Positions 23,905 to 33,901 of a DNA stretch of 64,000 bases are shown here, in pieces. The stretch's first letter is position 1, and each line of letters opens with the position of its first letter. The translations under genes were made by a program, and so were the position numbers. The notes under the pieces are model-generated. The model was not told the DNA's origin. It made no database searches and saw nothing but the letters and a program-made list of their open reading frames with translations. Origin of the DNA: an uncultured Mesorhizobium sp. (GTDB lineage Bacteria; Pseudomonadota; Alphaproteobacteria; Rhizobiales; Rhizobiaceae); contig CALFXR010000065.1 of the NCBI GenBank assembly GCA_937958475.1, positions 8,617-72,616 of the forward strand, written 5' to 3'.

Positions 23905-25959
23905 ATGCCCAGCACAGACAGCGTCGACCTCGCCAGCAGCCCCCTGACCGGCTGGACCGGCCCCCTCGGCCTTCCCGACTTCGCGGCGGTCGAGGACAAC
24001 GCCTTCGCCCCGGTCTTCGACGCCGCGCTCGCCGCGCACCAGGCCGAGATCGACGCGATCGCCGGCAATGCGGAGGCGCCGACGATCGCCAACACGCTGG
24101 CCGCGTTGGAACTCGCCGGCGAAGCGCTGGGCCGCGTCTCGGCGATCTTCTGGTGCAAGGCCGGCGCCCACACCAACGACGAGATCCAGGCGCTGGAGCG
24201 CGAGATCGCGCCGAAGATGGCGCGGCACTATTCGGGCATCGCCATGAACGCGCCCCTGTTCGCCCGGATCGACGCGCTCTACCGCGACCGCGCGGCGCTC
24301 GACCTCGACGCCGAGACGCTGCGCGTGCTCGAAAAGACCTGGAAGCGCTTCGTCCGTTCGGGCGCGCTGCTCGACGAGAAGGGCAAGGCGCGGCTCGCCG
24401 CCATCAACGAGGAACTGGCCGGCCTCGGGGCACGATTCGGCCAGAACGTGCTCGCCGACGAGCGCGACTGGGTGATGTTCCTCGAAGCCGGCGACCTCGC
24501 CGGCCTTCCCGAATTCCTCGTCGGCGCCATGGCGCAGGCGGCGGAAGCGCGCGGCCGCAAGGGCAGCTACGCGCTGACCCTGTCGCGCTCGATCTACGAG
24601 CCCTTCACCACCTTCTCCGAACGCCGCGACCTGCGCGAGGCCGCCTGGCGCGCCTTCACCATGCGCGGCCAGAACGGCGGCGCCACCGACAATGTCGACG
24701 TCGTGCGCAGGACGCTGGCGCTCCGCGCCGAGAAGGCGCGGCTGCTCGGCTACGACAGCTACGCCGCGCTGAAGCTGGACGACACGATGGCGAAGACGCC
24801 GGCCTCGGTGCTCGGCCTGCTCGACCCGGTGTGGGACAAGGCCCGCGAGAAGGCAGCGGCCGACCAGAAGGAACTGCAGCGTCTCGCGGCGACCGCCGGC
24901 GGCAACGACGACATCGCCGGCTGGGACTGGCGCTTCTGGCAGGAGAAGCTGCGCGCCGAGAGATACGCCTTCGACGAGGCCGAGCTGAAGCCCTACCTCC
25001 AGCTCGATCGCGTCATCGAGGCCTGCTTCGATGTCGCCTCCCGGCTGTTCGGCATCACCTTCGCCGAAAGGGAAGGCATCGCCGCCTGGCATCCGGACGT
25101 GCGCGTCTTCGCGGTGCGCAACGCCGACGGCTCGGCGCGCGGCACCTTCCTCGCCGACTATTTCGCGCGGCCCTCGAAGCGCTCCGGTGCCTGGATGAGC
25201 GCGTTGGAATCCGGCTATCGCCTCGGCGACGGCGCCATGCCGGTCATCTACAACGTGATGAATTTCGCCAAGCCGCAGCCCGGCGAGCCGGCGCTCCTGT
25301 CGATGGACGAGGCGCGCACGCTGTTCCACGAGTTCGGCCACGCGCTGCACGGCATGCTGACCGACGTCACCTGGCCTTCGGTTTCGGGAACTTCCGTCAG
25401 CCGCGATTTCGTCGAGCTGCCCTCGCAGCTCTACGAGCACTGGCTGACCGTGCCGCAGGTGCTGGAGAAGCACGCCCGCCACGCCGTGACCGGCGAGCCG
25501 ATGCCGCAGGCGCTGATCGCCAAGATGCTGGCGGCCCGCAATTTCGGCGCCGGCTTCGCCACGGTCGAGTTCACCGCTTCGGCGCTGATCGACATGGCCT
25601 ATCACGCTCGAAGCGAGGCGCCGGAGGATCCGATCGCCTTCGAGGCGGAGAAGCTGAAGGAACTCGGCATGCCCGCCGCGATCGCCATGCGCCACCGTAC
25701 CCCGCATTTCGGCCACGTCTTCGCCGGCGACGGCTATTCGGCCGGCTACTACTCCTACATGTGGTCGGAGGTGCTCGATGCCGACGCCTTCTCCGCCTTC
25801 GAGGAGACCGGCGATCCGTTCGATCCGGCGCTGGCGGAAAAACTGCGCGCCAACATCTACGCCGCCGGCGGCTCGAAGGATCCGGAAGAGCTCTACCTCG
25901 CCTTCCGCGGCAAGATGCCGACGGCCGCGGCGATGATGGCCAAGCGCGGCCTGGCATAG
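23905..25959 (+). CDS. dcp: peptidyl-dipeptidase Dcp (M3 family metallopeptidase)
   Basis: Inside ORF 23491..25959. The HEFGH zinc motif is present (TLFHEFGHALHGML). It is collinear with E. coli Dcp and of similar length (684 aa). An alternative start is at 23866. Confidence 0.9.
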   Translation: MPSTDSVDLASSPLTGWTGPLGLPDFAAVEDNAFAPVFDAALAAHQAEIDAIAGNAEAPTIANTLAALELAGEALGRVSAIFWCKAGAHTNDEIQALEREIAPKMARHYSGIAMNAPLFARIDALYRDRAALDLDAETLRVLEKTWKRFVRSGALLDEKGKARLAAINEELAGLGARFGQNVLADERDWVMFLEAGDLAGLPEFLVGAMAQAAEARGRKGSYALTLSRSIYEPFTTFSERRDLREAAWRAFTMRGQNGGATDNVDVVRRTLALRAEKARLLGYDSYAALKLDDTMAKTPASVLGLLDPVWDKAREKAAADQKELQRLAATAGGNDDIAGWDWRFWQEKLRAERYAFDEAELKPYLQLDRVIEACFDVASRLFGITFAEREGIAAWHPDVRVFAVRNADGSARGTFLADYFARPSKRSGAWMSALESGYRLGDGAMPVIYNVMNFAKPQPGEPALLSMDEARTLFHEFGHALHGMLTDVTWPSVSGTSVSRDFVELPSQLYEHWLTVPQVLEKHARHAVTGEPMPQALIAKMLAARNFGAGFATVEFTASALIDMAYHARSEAPEDPIAFEAEKLKELGMPAAIAMRHRTPHFGHVFAGDGYSAGYYSYMWSEVLDADAFSAFEETGDPFDPALAEKLRANIYAAGGSKDPEELYLAFRGKMPTAAAMMAKRGLA

Positions 25960-25970
25960 GAGTGCCGCCG

Positions 25971-26954
25971 ATGAAGCAGCGCAGACTCGGAAGTTCCGGT
26001 CCGCAGGTGGGCGCTGTCGCCCTCGGCTGCATGAGCTTCGGCGGCATCTACGGTGCCACGGACCGGGCCGAGAGCCTGCGCGCGCTGGCGAAGGCCGACG
26101 AGCTCGGCTTGACCCATCTCGACACCGCGCTCATCTACGGCGACGGCCTGTCCGAGGAGATCGTCGGCGAATATCTCCGCGACCACCCGAACCGCTTCAC
26201 CGTCGCCACCAAGGCCGGCATCGTCACCCGCCCGCACCGGCACTACAACAACCGTCCGCAATACCTTCGCGAATCGCTCGAAAGCTCGCTGAGGCGCCTC
26301 GGCCGCGATCATGTCGAGCTGTTCTACATCCACCGCCGCGACCGCGAGGTGCCCGTCGAGGACGTGATGGGAACGCTGGTCGGCTTCATGGAAGAGGGCA
26401 AGATCGGCGGCATCGGCCTCTCCGAGGTGTCGCCCGCGACGCTGGAGCGTGCCGCGGCTGTGCACCCGGTCATGGCCGTGCAGAGCGAGTATTCGCTGTG
26501 GACCCGCCTTCCCGAACTCGGGACGATCCAGGCCTGCGCCCGGCTCGGCACCGCCTTCGTCGCCTTCTCGCCTGTGGGGCGCGGCATCTTCGCCGACCGG
26601 CGGCTCGACCCCGCCGGCTTCGCGGAGCGCGACTTCCGCAAGGCCAACCCGCGCTTCATGGCGCCGAACTTCGCCGTGAACGACGCGCGCGTCGACCGCT
26701 TCCGCGCCTTCGCCCGCGAACGCGGCTGGTCGACGAGCGCCCTCGCGGTGGCATGGACGCTGCATCGCGGCGACCATGTCGTTCCCATCCCCGGCACCCG
26801 CAGCGCCGATCACGTCGCCGAACTGGCGACGGCGGCGGAGATCGTCCTCGACGCCGACGACATGGCGCGTATCGAATCGATCCTGCCGGCCGGCTTCGCC
26901 CATGGCGACCGCTATTCCGAGCAGCAGTCGACGGGCGCGGAACGCTACTGCTGA
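25971..26954 (+). CDS. aldo/keto reductase
   Basis: MKQRRLGSSGPQVGAVALGCMSFGG...LDTALIYGDGLSEEIVG...ATKAG...IPGTRSADHVAE is the AKR signature. Confidence 0.9.
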   Translation: MKQRRLGSSGPQVGAVALGCMSFGGIYGATDRAESLRALAKADELGLTHLDTALIYGDGLSEEIVGEYLRDHPNRFTVATKAGIVTRPHRHYNNRPQYLRESLESSLRRLGRDHVELFYIHRRDREVPVEDVMGTLVGFMEEGKIGGIGLSEVSPATLERAAAVHPVMAVQSEYSLWTRLPELGTIQACARLGTAFVAFSPVGRGIFADRRLDPAGFAERDFRKANPRFMAPNFAVNDARVDRFRAFARERGWSTSALAVAWTLHRGDHVVPIPGTRSADHVAELATAAEIVLDADDMARIESILPAGFAHGDRYSEQQSTGAERYC

Positions 26955-27018
26955 ACGTTGTCCGCACGGCCCAGCGGGGCTCGGCGCCGGAGCGGCGGCA
27001 GGTTATTCGGGTAGCAGT

Positions 27019-27306
27019 CTATTCGGGGTAGCAGGCCGCCGGCACGTTCGGCCAGACGGCGCGGTCGCAGCCGAAGACCTCCCGCGTCTGCCGGAACTCG
27101 GCGCTCACCGGGCCGGTGACGACCGGATCGACGCCATAGGGCGCGTCGGGAAAGAGGCTCGCCGCATCGACCGGCAAAGGGTTCTCCGGCGCGCTGCCGA
27201 TGCCGGCAAGCGGCGTCGCGCCCGATGCCATGGCCAGCATGGCCACCAGCGCGCCGGGCAGGGCGACGCGCAGCAGGGCGGAAGCGAGGGCGCGGTAACT
27301 GTTCAT
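27019..27306 (-). CDS. small hypothetical exported protein
   Basis: Met 49 of ORF 27019..27450 gives MNSYRALASALLRVALPGALVAMLAMASG. I do not recognise a family. Confidence 0.45.
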   Translation of the reverse strand: MNSYRALASALLRVALPGALVAMLAMASGATPLAGIGSAPENPLPVDAASLFPDAPYGVDPVVTGPVSAEFRQTREVFGCDRAVWPNVPAACYPE

Positions 27307-27507
27307 CGGGACGCTCAACGGCTGAACGGCGAAAGCGATCCACCGTTCGTTAACGATCTCCATTCGACACGAGATTGGTAAAGGAAGCGCTACGAAGAGC
27401 GCCCGGGCGGCCGCGCGCCGCCACCGCCGCATCGGATTGGCGCTCGTCACGGGCGACGGAAGCGCCTAAAGTCGTCGCCGCAGAGCCCGACGAGGAACAA
27501 CGACATC

Positions 27508-28590
27508 ATGCAATGGTCCTATCCGATCCTGCGTGTCGCCGGCACCGAGATCCGCATCCACCTGACCTTCCTGCTGCTGCTCGCCTGGATCGGCATCGCC
27601 TACTGGCAGGACGGCGGCGCGGCGGCGGCGATCGAAGGTGTGGGCTTCATCGTCGCGGTCTTCGCCTGCGTGGTGCTCCACGAGTTCGGCCATGCGACGG
27701 CGGCGCGGCGCTACGGCATCAGGACGCCGAAGATCACGCTCCTGCCGATCGGCGGCGTCGCCGAGCTCGAGCGCCTGCCGGAGAAACCGTCGGAAGAGAT
27801 CGTCGTCGCCCTCGCCGGGCCGCTGGTCAACGTCGTCATCGCCGGCTTCCTGATCCTTGGGCTCGGCGCGGCGGTCGGCACCGAGGCGCTGACCTCGATG
27901 GAGGATCCGAAGATCGGCTTCGTCGCCCGCCTCGCCGCGGTGAACGTCTGGCTGGTCCTGTTCAACCTGATCCCGGCCTTCCCGATGGACGGCGGCCGCG
28001 TCCTGAGGGCGCTGCTCGCCACCCGCTACAGCCGGGTCCGCGCCACCGAGATCGCCGGCACGATCGGCCAGTTCGCCGCCTTCGTCTTCGGTTTCCTCGG
28101 CCTCGTCGGCGGCAACGTGCTGCTGATCTTCGTCGGCATCTTCGTCTATCTGGCCGCCACCGCCGAGACCCAGGCCATCGGGCTGCAGGACGCGGCGCGC
28201 GCCGTCGACGTGCGCGACGCCATGATCACCCGCTTCGAGAGCCTGCCGACCACGGCCAGCCTCGACGACGCCGCGCAGGCGCTTCTGCGCACCACCCAGC
28301 ACGAGTTCCCGGTCGTCGACGGCGGCGGCAAGCTGCGCGGGGTGCTGACCCGCGCGCATCTCGTCGCCGGACTGCAGCAGCGCGGTGAGAAGACGCCGGC
28401 CGCGGAACTGATGGCGACCGACATCCCCCTCGTCGGCGACCGGGAGAAGCTGAGCGCCGCGCTCGAGCACCTGCAGAAGGGCGCCGCACCAGCCGTCGGC
28501 GTCGTCGATGCCGGCGGCCGGCTGGTCGGCTACGTCACCATCGAGAACATCGGCGAGCTGATGATGCTGCGCGGCGCAGCGGCCCGCTGA
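27508..28590 (+). CDS. M50 family (site-2 protease-like) metalloprotease with C-terminal CBS pair
   Basis: The HExxH motif sits in a TM helix ([12 protein letters not shown]), and the [12 protein letters not shown] motif is present. The C-terminal half is CBS-like ([33 protein letters not shown]). Confidence 0.85.
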   Translation: MQWSYPILRVAGTEIRIHLTFLLLLAWIGIAYWQDGGAAAAIEGVGFIVAVFACVVLHEFGHATAARRYGIRTPKITLLPIGGVAELERLPEKPSEEIVVALAGPLVNVVIAGFLILGLGAAVGTEALTSMEDPKIGFVARLAAVNVWLVLFNLIPAFPMDGGRVLRALLATRYSRVRATEIAGTIGQFAAFVFGFLGLVGGNVLLIFVGIFVYLAATAETQAIGLQDAARAVDVRDAMITRFESLPTTASLDDAAQALLRTTQHEFPVVDGGGKLRGVLTRAHLVAGLQQRGEKTPAAELMATDIPLVGDREKLSAALEHLQKGAAPAVGVVDAGGRLVGYVTIENIGELMMLRGAAAR

Positions 28591-28702
28591 AGGACTCCGT
28601 CGGCGCGTCCCCCTTTCGCATTTGCGAAAAAGCCTGTAAGAGCGCGGCCGACCGAAGATGCCGCGCGCGACCTCGCGCGCCGAAAACCCCCGAGTACCCG
28701 AG

Positions 28703-30529
28703 ATGCAGATCCGCAACATCGCGATCATCGCGCACGTTGACCATGGCAAGACCACGCTGGTCGACCAGCTTCTGAGACAGTCCGGTTCCTTCCGCGAGAA
28801 CCAGCGCGTCGCCGAGCGCGCCATGGACTCCAACGACCTCGAGAAGGAGCGCGGCATCACCATCCTCGCCAAGGCGACCTCGGTCGACTGGAAGGACACG
28901 CGCATCAACATCGTCGACACGCCCGGCCACGCCGACTTCGGCGGCGAGGTCGAGCGCATCCTGTCGATGGTGGACTCGGCCATCGTGCTGGTCGACGCCG
29001 CCGAAGGGCCGATGCCGCAGACCAAGTTCGTCGTCGGCAAGGCGCTGAAGGTCGGCCTGAGGCCGATCGTGGTCATCAACAAGATCGACCGGCCCGACGC
29101 GCGCCATGTCGAGGTGGTCAACGAGGTGTTCGACCTGTTCGCCGCGCTCGACGCCACCGACGAGCAGCTCGACTTCCCGATCCTCTACGGCTCCGGCCGC
29201 GACGGCTGGGTTTCGGAGAAGCCCGAAGGTCCGAAGGACCAGGGCCTGGCGCCGCTGTTCGACCTCGTGCTCAAGCACGTGCCGGCGCCGACCGTGCATC
29301 CCGGACCGTTCCGCATGATCGGGACGATCCTCGAGGCCAATCCGTTCCTCGGCCGCATCATCACCGGCCGCATCTACTCCGGCTCGCTGAAGCCGAACCA
29401 GGCGGTCAAGGTGCTGCATCACGACGGCACGCTGCTGGAGACCGGGCGCATCACCAAGATCCTCGCCTTCCGCGGCCTGGAGCGCCAGCCCATCGACGAG
29501 GCGCAGGCGGGCGACATCGTCGCCATCGCCGGCCTGCAGAAAGGCACCGTCGCCGACACGTTCTGCGATCCGTCGATCAGCGAGCCGCTGAAGGCGCAGC
29601 CGATCGATCCGCCGACCGTCACCATGTCCTTCCTCGTCAACGATTCGCCGCTGGCCGGCACCGAGGGCGACAAGGTCACCAGCCGCGTCATCCGCGACCG
29701 CCTGCTCAAGGAGGCGGAAGGCAACGTCGCGCTGAAGATCGAGGAATCGGCCGACAAGGATTCGTTCTTCGTCTCCGGCCGCGGCGAGTTGCAGCTCGCC
29801 GTGCTGATCGAGACCATGCGCCGCGAGGGCTTCGAGATCGCGGTGTCGCGGCCGCGCGTCGTCATGCAGAAGGACGAGCACGGCCACCTGCTCGAGCCGG
29901 TCGAGGAAGTCGTCATCGACGTCGACGAGGAGCACGCCGGAATCGTCGTGCAGAAGATGAGCGAGCGCAAGGCCGAGATGGTCGAGCTGCGTCCGTCCGG
30001 CGGCAACCGCCAGCGGCTGGTCTTCCACGCGCCGACGCGCGGCCTGATCGGCTACCAGTCGGAACTGCTGACCGACACGCGCGGCACCGCCGTGATGAAC
30101 CGGCTGTTCCATGCCTACCAACCCTACAAGGGCGAGCTGCCCGGCCGCACCAACGGCGTGCTGATCTCCAACGAGCAGGGCGAAGCGGTCGCCTACGCCA
30201 TGTGGAACCTCGAGGACCGCGGCCCGATGGTCATCGATCCCGGCGTCAAGGTCTACCAGGGCATGATCATCGGCATCCACTCGAGGGACAACGACCTCGA
30301 GGTCAACGTGCTGAAGGGCAAGAAGCTGACCAACATCCGTGCCGCCGGCAAGGACGAGGCGGTGCGGCTGACCCCGCCGATCCGCATGACGCTGGAGCGC
30401 GCGCTGGCCTGGATCCAGGACGACGAACTCGTCGAGGTAACGCCGAAGACCATCCGCCTGAGAAAGCTCTACCTCGACCCGAACGAGCGCAAGCGCTTCG
30501 AGAAGACGAAGACCGCCGGCGCCGCCTGA
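28703..30529 (+). CDS. typA: translational GTPase TypA/BipA
   Basis: [24 protein letters not shown]...[13 protein letters not shown]...[14 protein letters not shown], 608 aa. Confidence 0.95.
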   Translation: MQIRNIAIIAHVDHGKTTLVDQLLRQSGSFRENQRVAERAMDSNDLEKERGITILAKATSVDWKDTRINIVDTPGHADFGGEVERILSMVDSAIVLVDAAEGPMPQTKFVVGKALKVGLRPIVVINKIDRPDARHVEVVNEVFDLFAALDATDEQLDFPILYGSGRDGWVSEKPEGPKDQGLAPLFDLVLKHVPAPTVHPGPFRMIGTILEANPFLGRIITGRIYSGSLKPNQAVKVLHHDGTLLETGRITKILAFRGLERQPIDEAQAGDIVAIAGLQKGTVADTFCDPSISEPLKAQPIDPPTVTMSFLVNDSPLAGTEGDKVTSRVIRDRLLKEAEGNVALKIEESADKDSFFVSGRGELQLAVLIETMRREGFEIAVSRPRVVMQKDEHGHLLEPVEEVVIDVDEEHAGIVVQKMSERKAEMVELRPSGGNRQRLVFHAPTRGLIGYQSELLTDTRGTAVMNRLFHAYQPYKGELPGRTNGVLISNEQGEAVAYAMWNLEDRGPMVIDPGVKVYQGMIIGIHSRDNDLEVNVLKGKKLTNIRAAGKDEAVRLTPPIRMTLERALAWIQDDELVEVTPKTIRLRKLYLDPNERKRFEKTKTAGAA

Positions 30530-30607
30530 CGCGCCGGCCGCCGGGCGATTGCCTCGCCCGGCCCCGGTGTCCTATCCTCGCGTTTGCAAGGCCGATCGGG
30601 GGATGAA

Positions 30608-31069
30608 ATGCGCGTTGCAGGCAGAACCCTTCTTGCCCTCGTGTTCGGCTTCTTCGGCGGCTGGGCGTTCGCGACCTCGGCGTCCTTCCGCTACATGGAC
30701 GCCTTCGACATCTTCGACCGCGACGGCGGCGGCGCGATGGGTGCCTTCTTCATCATCGGTCCGTTCTTCGGCGTGATCGCGGCGATCGTGCTTGCCGGCA
30801 TGGTCCTGGTGCGCGGTCTCGCCGCCGGCCAGCCGAAGCCCGCCGGCTGGCAGCCGCCCTCGGCGGAATCGCGGCGGCTGCGGACCTGGATCCTGGCCGT
30901 GCTGGTCGTGGTCGTGGTCTACATGATCGGCTGGGCGTTCATCGACCTCTCCGGGCCGTGGGCGCCGAAGAGCGCCGTGCGTTCGCTGTTCTACAACGGT
31001 ATCCCGCTGGCGGCCGGCCTTCTGTGCGCGCTCTTCGTCGTCCGCAGGCGCGCAAGAAGCACCGCCTGA
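30608..31069 (+). CDS. hypothetical membrane protein
   Basis: ORF 30584..31069 with four hydrophobic segments. I do not recognise a family. Confidence 0.5.
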   Translation: MRVAGRTLLALVFGFFGGWAFATSASFRYMDAFDIFDRDGGGAMGAFFIIGPFFGVIAAIVLAGMVLVRGLAAGQPKPAGWQPPSAESRRLRTWILAVLVVVVVYMIGWAFIDLSGPWAPKSAVRSLFYNGIPLAAGLLCALFVVRRRARSTA

Positions 31070-31382
31070 CCTTCCTGCCCGAGCCGCTCGAGCCGCTCGA
31101 GCCTTGCGGACATGGTGCTCCTGCTCTAAGGAGCCGTCTCCCGAGGCGATCCGGATACCCCGCACCTTGCCGCAGTAACGACCGGTCTCATCGTCAGTCC
31201 CCATCGGGCGCGCTCGCGCCCATGAGATCGTCTTCGTTCGAAGGGGCGGCGGTTCGAGACCGGTATGGCACGCCTGCCTCCGGACATCCCGTCCCGATCG
31301 ACCCTAGCGCCGCCGCACCGAGCCTCCTCCGAGGCGTCTCGACCTGCATGTCCCGCCGGACCCTTTGCAAGGGCAAGCGCAC

Positions 31383-32024
31383 ATGTCGGGCACGCTCCGC
31401 GTCCTCTGGACCATCCGTATCTCCATCTCCACCACCCCGAAACCCATCCTCCGCTGCAGCCGCTGCGACCAGCCGCGCGCCTTCGAGCCGAGCGGCAGGT
31501 TCCGCCTCAACGCCAACGGCAAGCGCCTCGACGCCTGGCTGATCTATCGCTGCACCGCATGCGGCGCGACGTGGAACCGCACGATCTTCGAGCGCCGGCA
31601 GCGAAGCGAGATCGACGACGCCGTGCTCGAGGCGCTGCAAGGCAACGATCCGGTTCTTGCCGAGCAGGTCGCGCAGGACGCCGCGGGGCTGCGGCGCTGG
31701 ACGACCCGCTTCGCCGAGGGCGATGGCGGCACGATCGCCGTCGACAAGGCCGTCCTGGCGCATGGCGATGGCGATGTGGAACGGCTGGCGATCGAGCTCC
31801 TGATGCCGGCCGCCGCGACGATCCGCTGCGACCGCCTGCTGGCGGCCGGACTGGGTCTCTCGCGCGGCGGCGTAGCGGCGCTCTCGGACGCGGGGCGCAT
31901 TGCCGTAGACGGCTCCGGCAGGAGGCCGCCGGCGCGGCCGCTGCACCAGGGATCCTTCGTTACGATCGATGTCTCCGGCCTGGCTGACGCGGCCGCACTC
32001 GCCGGGCGCGCGACCGGGAGATGA
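31383..32024 (+). CDS. zinc-ribbon protein (DUF1062-like)
   Basis: CSRCDQ...18 aa...YRCTACG is a four-Cys ribbon. The C-terminal part looks S4-like (RCDRLLAAGLGLSRGGVAAL...GRIAVDG). The family assignment is from memory only. Confidence 0.55.
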   Translation: MSGTLRVLWTIRISISTTPKPILRCSRCDQPRAFEPSGRFRLNANGKRLDAWLIYRCTACGATWNRTIFERRQRSEIDDAVLEALQGNDPVLAEQVAQDAAGLRRWTTRFAEGDGGTIAVDKAVLAHGDGDVERLAIELLMPAAATIRCDRLLAAGLGLSRGGVAALSDAGRIAVDGSGRRPPARPLHQGSFVTIDVSGLADAAALAGRATGR

Positions 32025-32105
32025 CGGCAGGATGGTCGCGACGGGGCGATTGACTCCCCGTAGATCGGCGGGAAGATGCGGGCCGATCGCATGGAGGATG
32101 CACCG

Positions 32106-32720
32106 ATGTCGCTGGCTTCGCTTCTCATCTTCGCCGCAGCGCTGTTCGTCGCGGCCGGCTCGCCCGGCCCGTCGATCGCGGCGCTCGTCGCCCGCGTCAT
32201 TGCCGGCGGCGTGCGCGGGGTGCTTCCCTTCCTGCTCGCCATGTGGATCGGCGAGGCGATCTGGCTGTCGTTTGCCGTGTTCGGCCTCGTGATGGTGGCG
32301 CAGACCTTCCACCTCGCCTTCGTCGCGCTGAAATGGGCCGGCGTCGCCTATCTCGCCTGGCTGGCGTGGAAGATGTGGACGGCGCCGGTCGAGACGAAGG
32401 AGGGCGCGCTGCCGTCGGCGGATTCGCCGCTGCGCCTGTTCCTCGCCGGCATGGCGGTCACCCTCGGCAATCCGAAGATCATGGTCTTCTACCTGGCGCT
32501 GCTGCCCACCCTCGTCGACCTCGGCTCGGTCACCGTGCTCGGCTGGGCCGAGCTCGTCGCCACAATGGCGCTGGTGCTGGTCGCCATCGACCTGACCTGG
32601 GTCGCCGCCGCGGTTCAGGCGAAGAAGATGCTGAAGAGCCCGCGCGCCGTCAGGATCGCCAACCGCGCCGGCGCCACCGCGATGGCCGGCGCGGCGGCGG
32701 CCATCGCCACGCGCTCGTAA
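32106..32720 (+). CDS. LysE/RhtB family amino-acid exporter
   Basis: MSLASLLIFAAALFVAAGSPGPSIAALVARV...GNPKIMVFYLALLP is the LysE signature. The start could be 32091 or 32106. Confidence 0.85.
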   Translation: MSLASLLIFAAALFVAAGSPGPSIAALVARVIAGGVRGVLPFLLAMWIGEAIWLSFAVFGLVMVAQTFHLAFVALKWAGVAYLAWLAWKMWTAPVETKEGALPSADSPLRLFLAGMAVTLGNPKIMVFYLALLPTLVDLGSVTVLGWAELVATMALVLVAIDLTWVAAAVQAKKMLKSPRAVRIANRAGATAMAGAAAAIATRS

Positions 32721-32756
32721 ACGCTGGCGGTGCCGGGGAAGGCTGCGGCGCGACGC

Positions 32757-33074
32757 TCAGCCCATCTCGATGATCGGTGCGACCTCGATGGTCCCGCCGG
32801 CGTCGAGATGCGGGCAGCCCTTCGCCATGGCGACCGCGGCGTCGGCGTCGGCGGCCTTGAGGACCGAATAGCCGGCGGTGGGGTTCGGCCCGCCGTCGTT
32901 GGTCACCTTGCCGCCGGAATGGACGGTCATCGACTTGCCGACCGGGTTGCCCCCGTCAACCACGGCGTCGCCCAGCGTGCCGAACCACGCCATCCACGCC
33001 GCCATGACCTTCTGCCCTTCCTCCTCGGAAGCCGGCATCGTGCCGCCGTGGTATACCAGCAGGAAATTCGGCAT
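32757..33074 (-). CDS. YCII-like / dimeric alpha-beta barrel small protein
   Basis: MPNFLLVYHGGTMPASEEEGQKVMAAWMAWF...GYSVLKAADADAAVAMAKGCPHL. The pattern recalls the YCII/DGPF families; the assignment is tentative. Confidence 0.55.
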   Translation of the reverse strand: MPNFLLVYHGGTMPASEEEGQKVMAAWMAWFGTLGDAVVDGGNPVGKSMTVHSGGKVTNDGGPNPTAGYSVLKAADADAAVAMAKGCPHLDAGGTIEVAPIIEMG

Positions 33075-33214
33075 TTCGTCCCTCCTTCGTTGCGGCGTTC
33101 AACCGCGTTGCGTTGATATCAACATAGTCTGCCGCGTTCCGCCACCCGGGCGACCGGCCGATCGTCGTCACGCTTGCGTGAAGGCGGATGCGGCGGAGAG
33201 CGTCGGCGACGGTC

Positions 33215-33781
33215 TCAGCGCGCCATGGCGTGGTATTCGGGGTTCGGCCGCATGTCGACCGCCGCGGCGACGCGATTGGACATGTTGAAGAAGGCCGCGG
33301 TCGAGGCGATGTCCCAGATGTCGCGCTCGGAGAAGCCGGCGGCGCGCAGGCCGGCCCGATCGGCTTCCTCGATCTTCGCAGGCGTCTCGGTCAGCTTCAC
33401 GGCGAAGTCGAGCATGGCCTTCTGCCGCGCCGACAGCGCCGCGGCGCGGTAGTTCATCACCATCATCTCGCCGAGCGCCGGGTCGCCCGACAGCTGGCGC
33501 ACCGCCGCGCCGTGCGCGGTGAGGCAGTAGTAGCAATGGTTCACCGACGACACCGCCACCGCGATCATCTCGCGCTCGAGCTTCGACAGGCCGGAGGCGC
33601 CGAGCATCAGGTCGTTGTACATGTCGGTGAAGGCGCGCAGCTTCTTCTCGTCGAAGGCATAGGCCTGCAGCACGTTCGGCACGAGGCCGAGCTTTTCCCG
33701 GCATTTTTCGAAATATGCCTCGGTCGCCTCGCTCAGCGGTCCGGCCGGCTCGATGGCGAGCGCGACGATGGGTTCGCTCAT
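33215..33781 (-). CDS. AhpD-like peroxidase-related (carboxymuconolactone decarboxylase family) protein
   Basis: The last 188 aa of ORF 33215..36889 (MSEPIVALAIEP...), with the CxxC-type motif SVNHCYYCLTAHG. The remainder of that ORF is antisense to the GDH gene. Confidence 0.8.
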   Translation of the reverse strand: MSEPIVALAIEPAGPLSEATEAYFEKCREKLGLVPNVLQAYAFDEKKLRAFTDMYNDLMLGASGLSKLEREMIAVAVSSVNHCYYCLTAHGAAVRQLSGDPALGEMMVMNYRAAALSARQKAMLDFAVKLTETPAKIEEADRAGLRAAGFSERDIWDIASTAAFFNMSNRVAAAVDMRPNPEYHAMAR

Positions 33782-33901
33782 TCGGTATCCTCCTCGACGA
33801 ATTCTGTGCTTCCCGGCGGAACGGGACCGATCCGCAATCGTAAAAGCATCATCATCTGCTAGCATAAGCACAATGCGCCGGCGGTGGGAGGACAAAGCGC
33901 C

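Noticed and set aside
30540-30562. GC-rich hairpins after typA (GCCGGGCG-attgcct-CGCCCGGC), after purH (about 46480-46510) and between the DnaB-like gene and acs (about 50760-50782), as intrinsic terminators
   Set aside because: The stems are real, but none is followed by a U-tract. I cannot tell terminators from fortuitous GC-rich palindromes without transcript-end data, so I did not list them as features.
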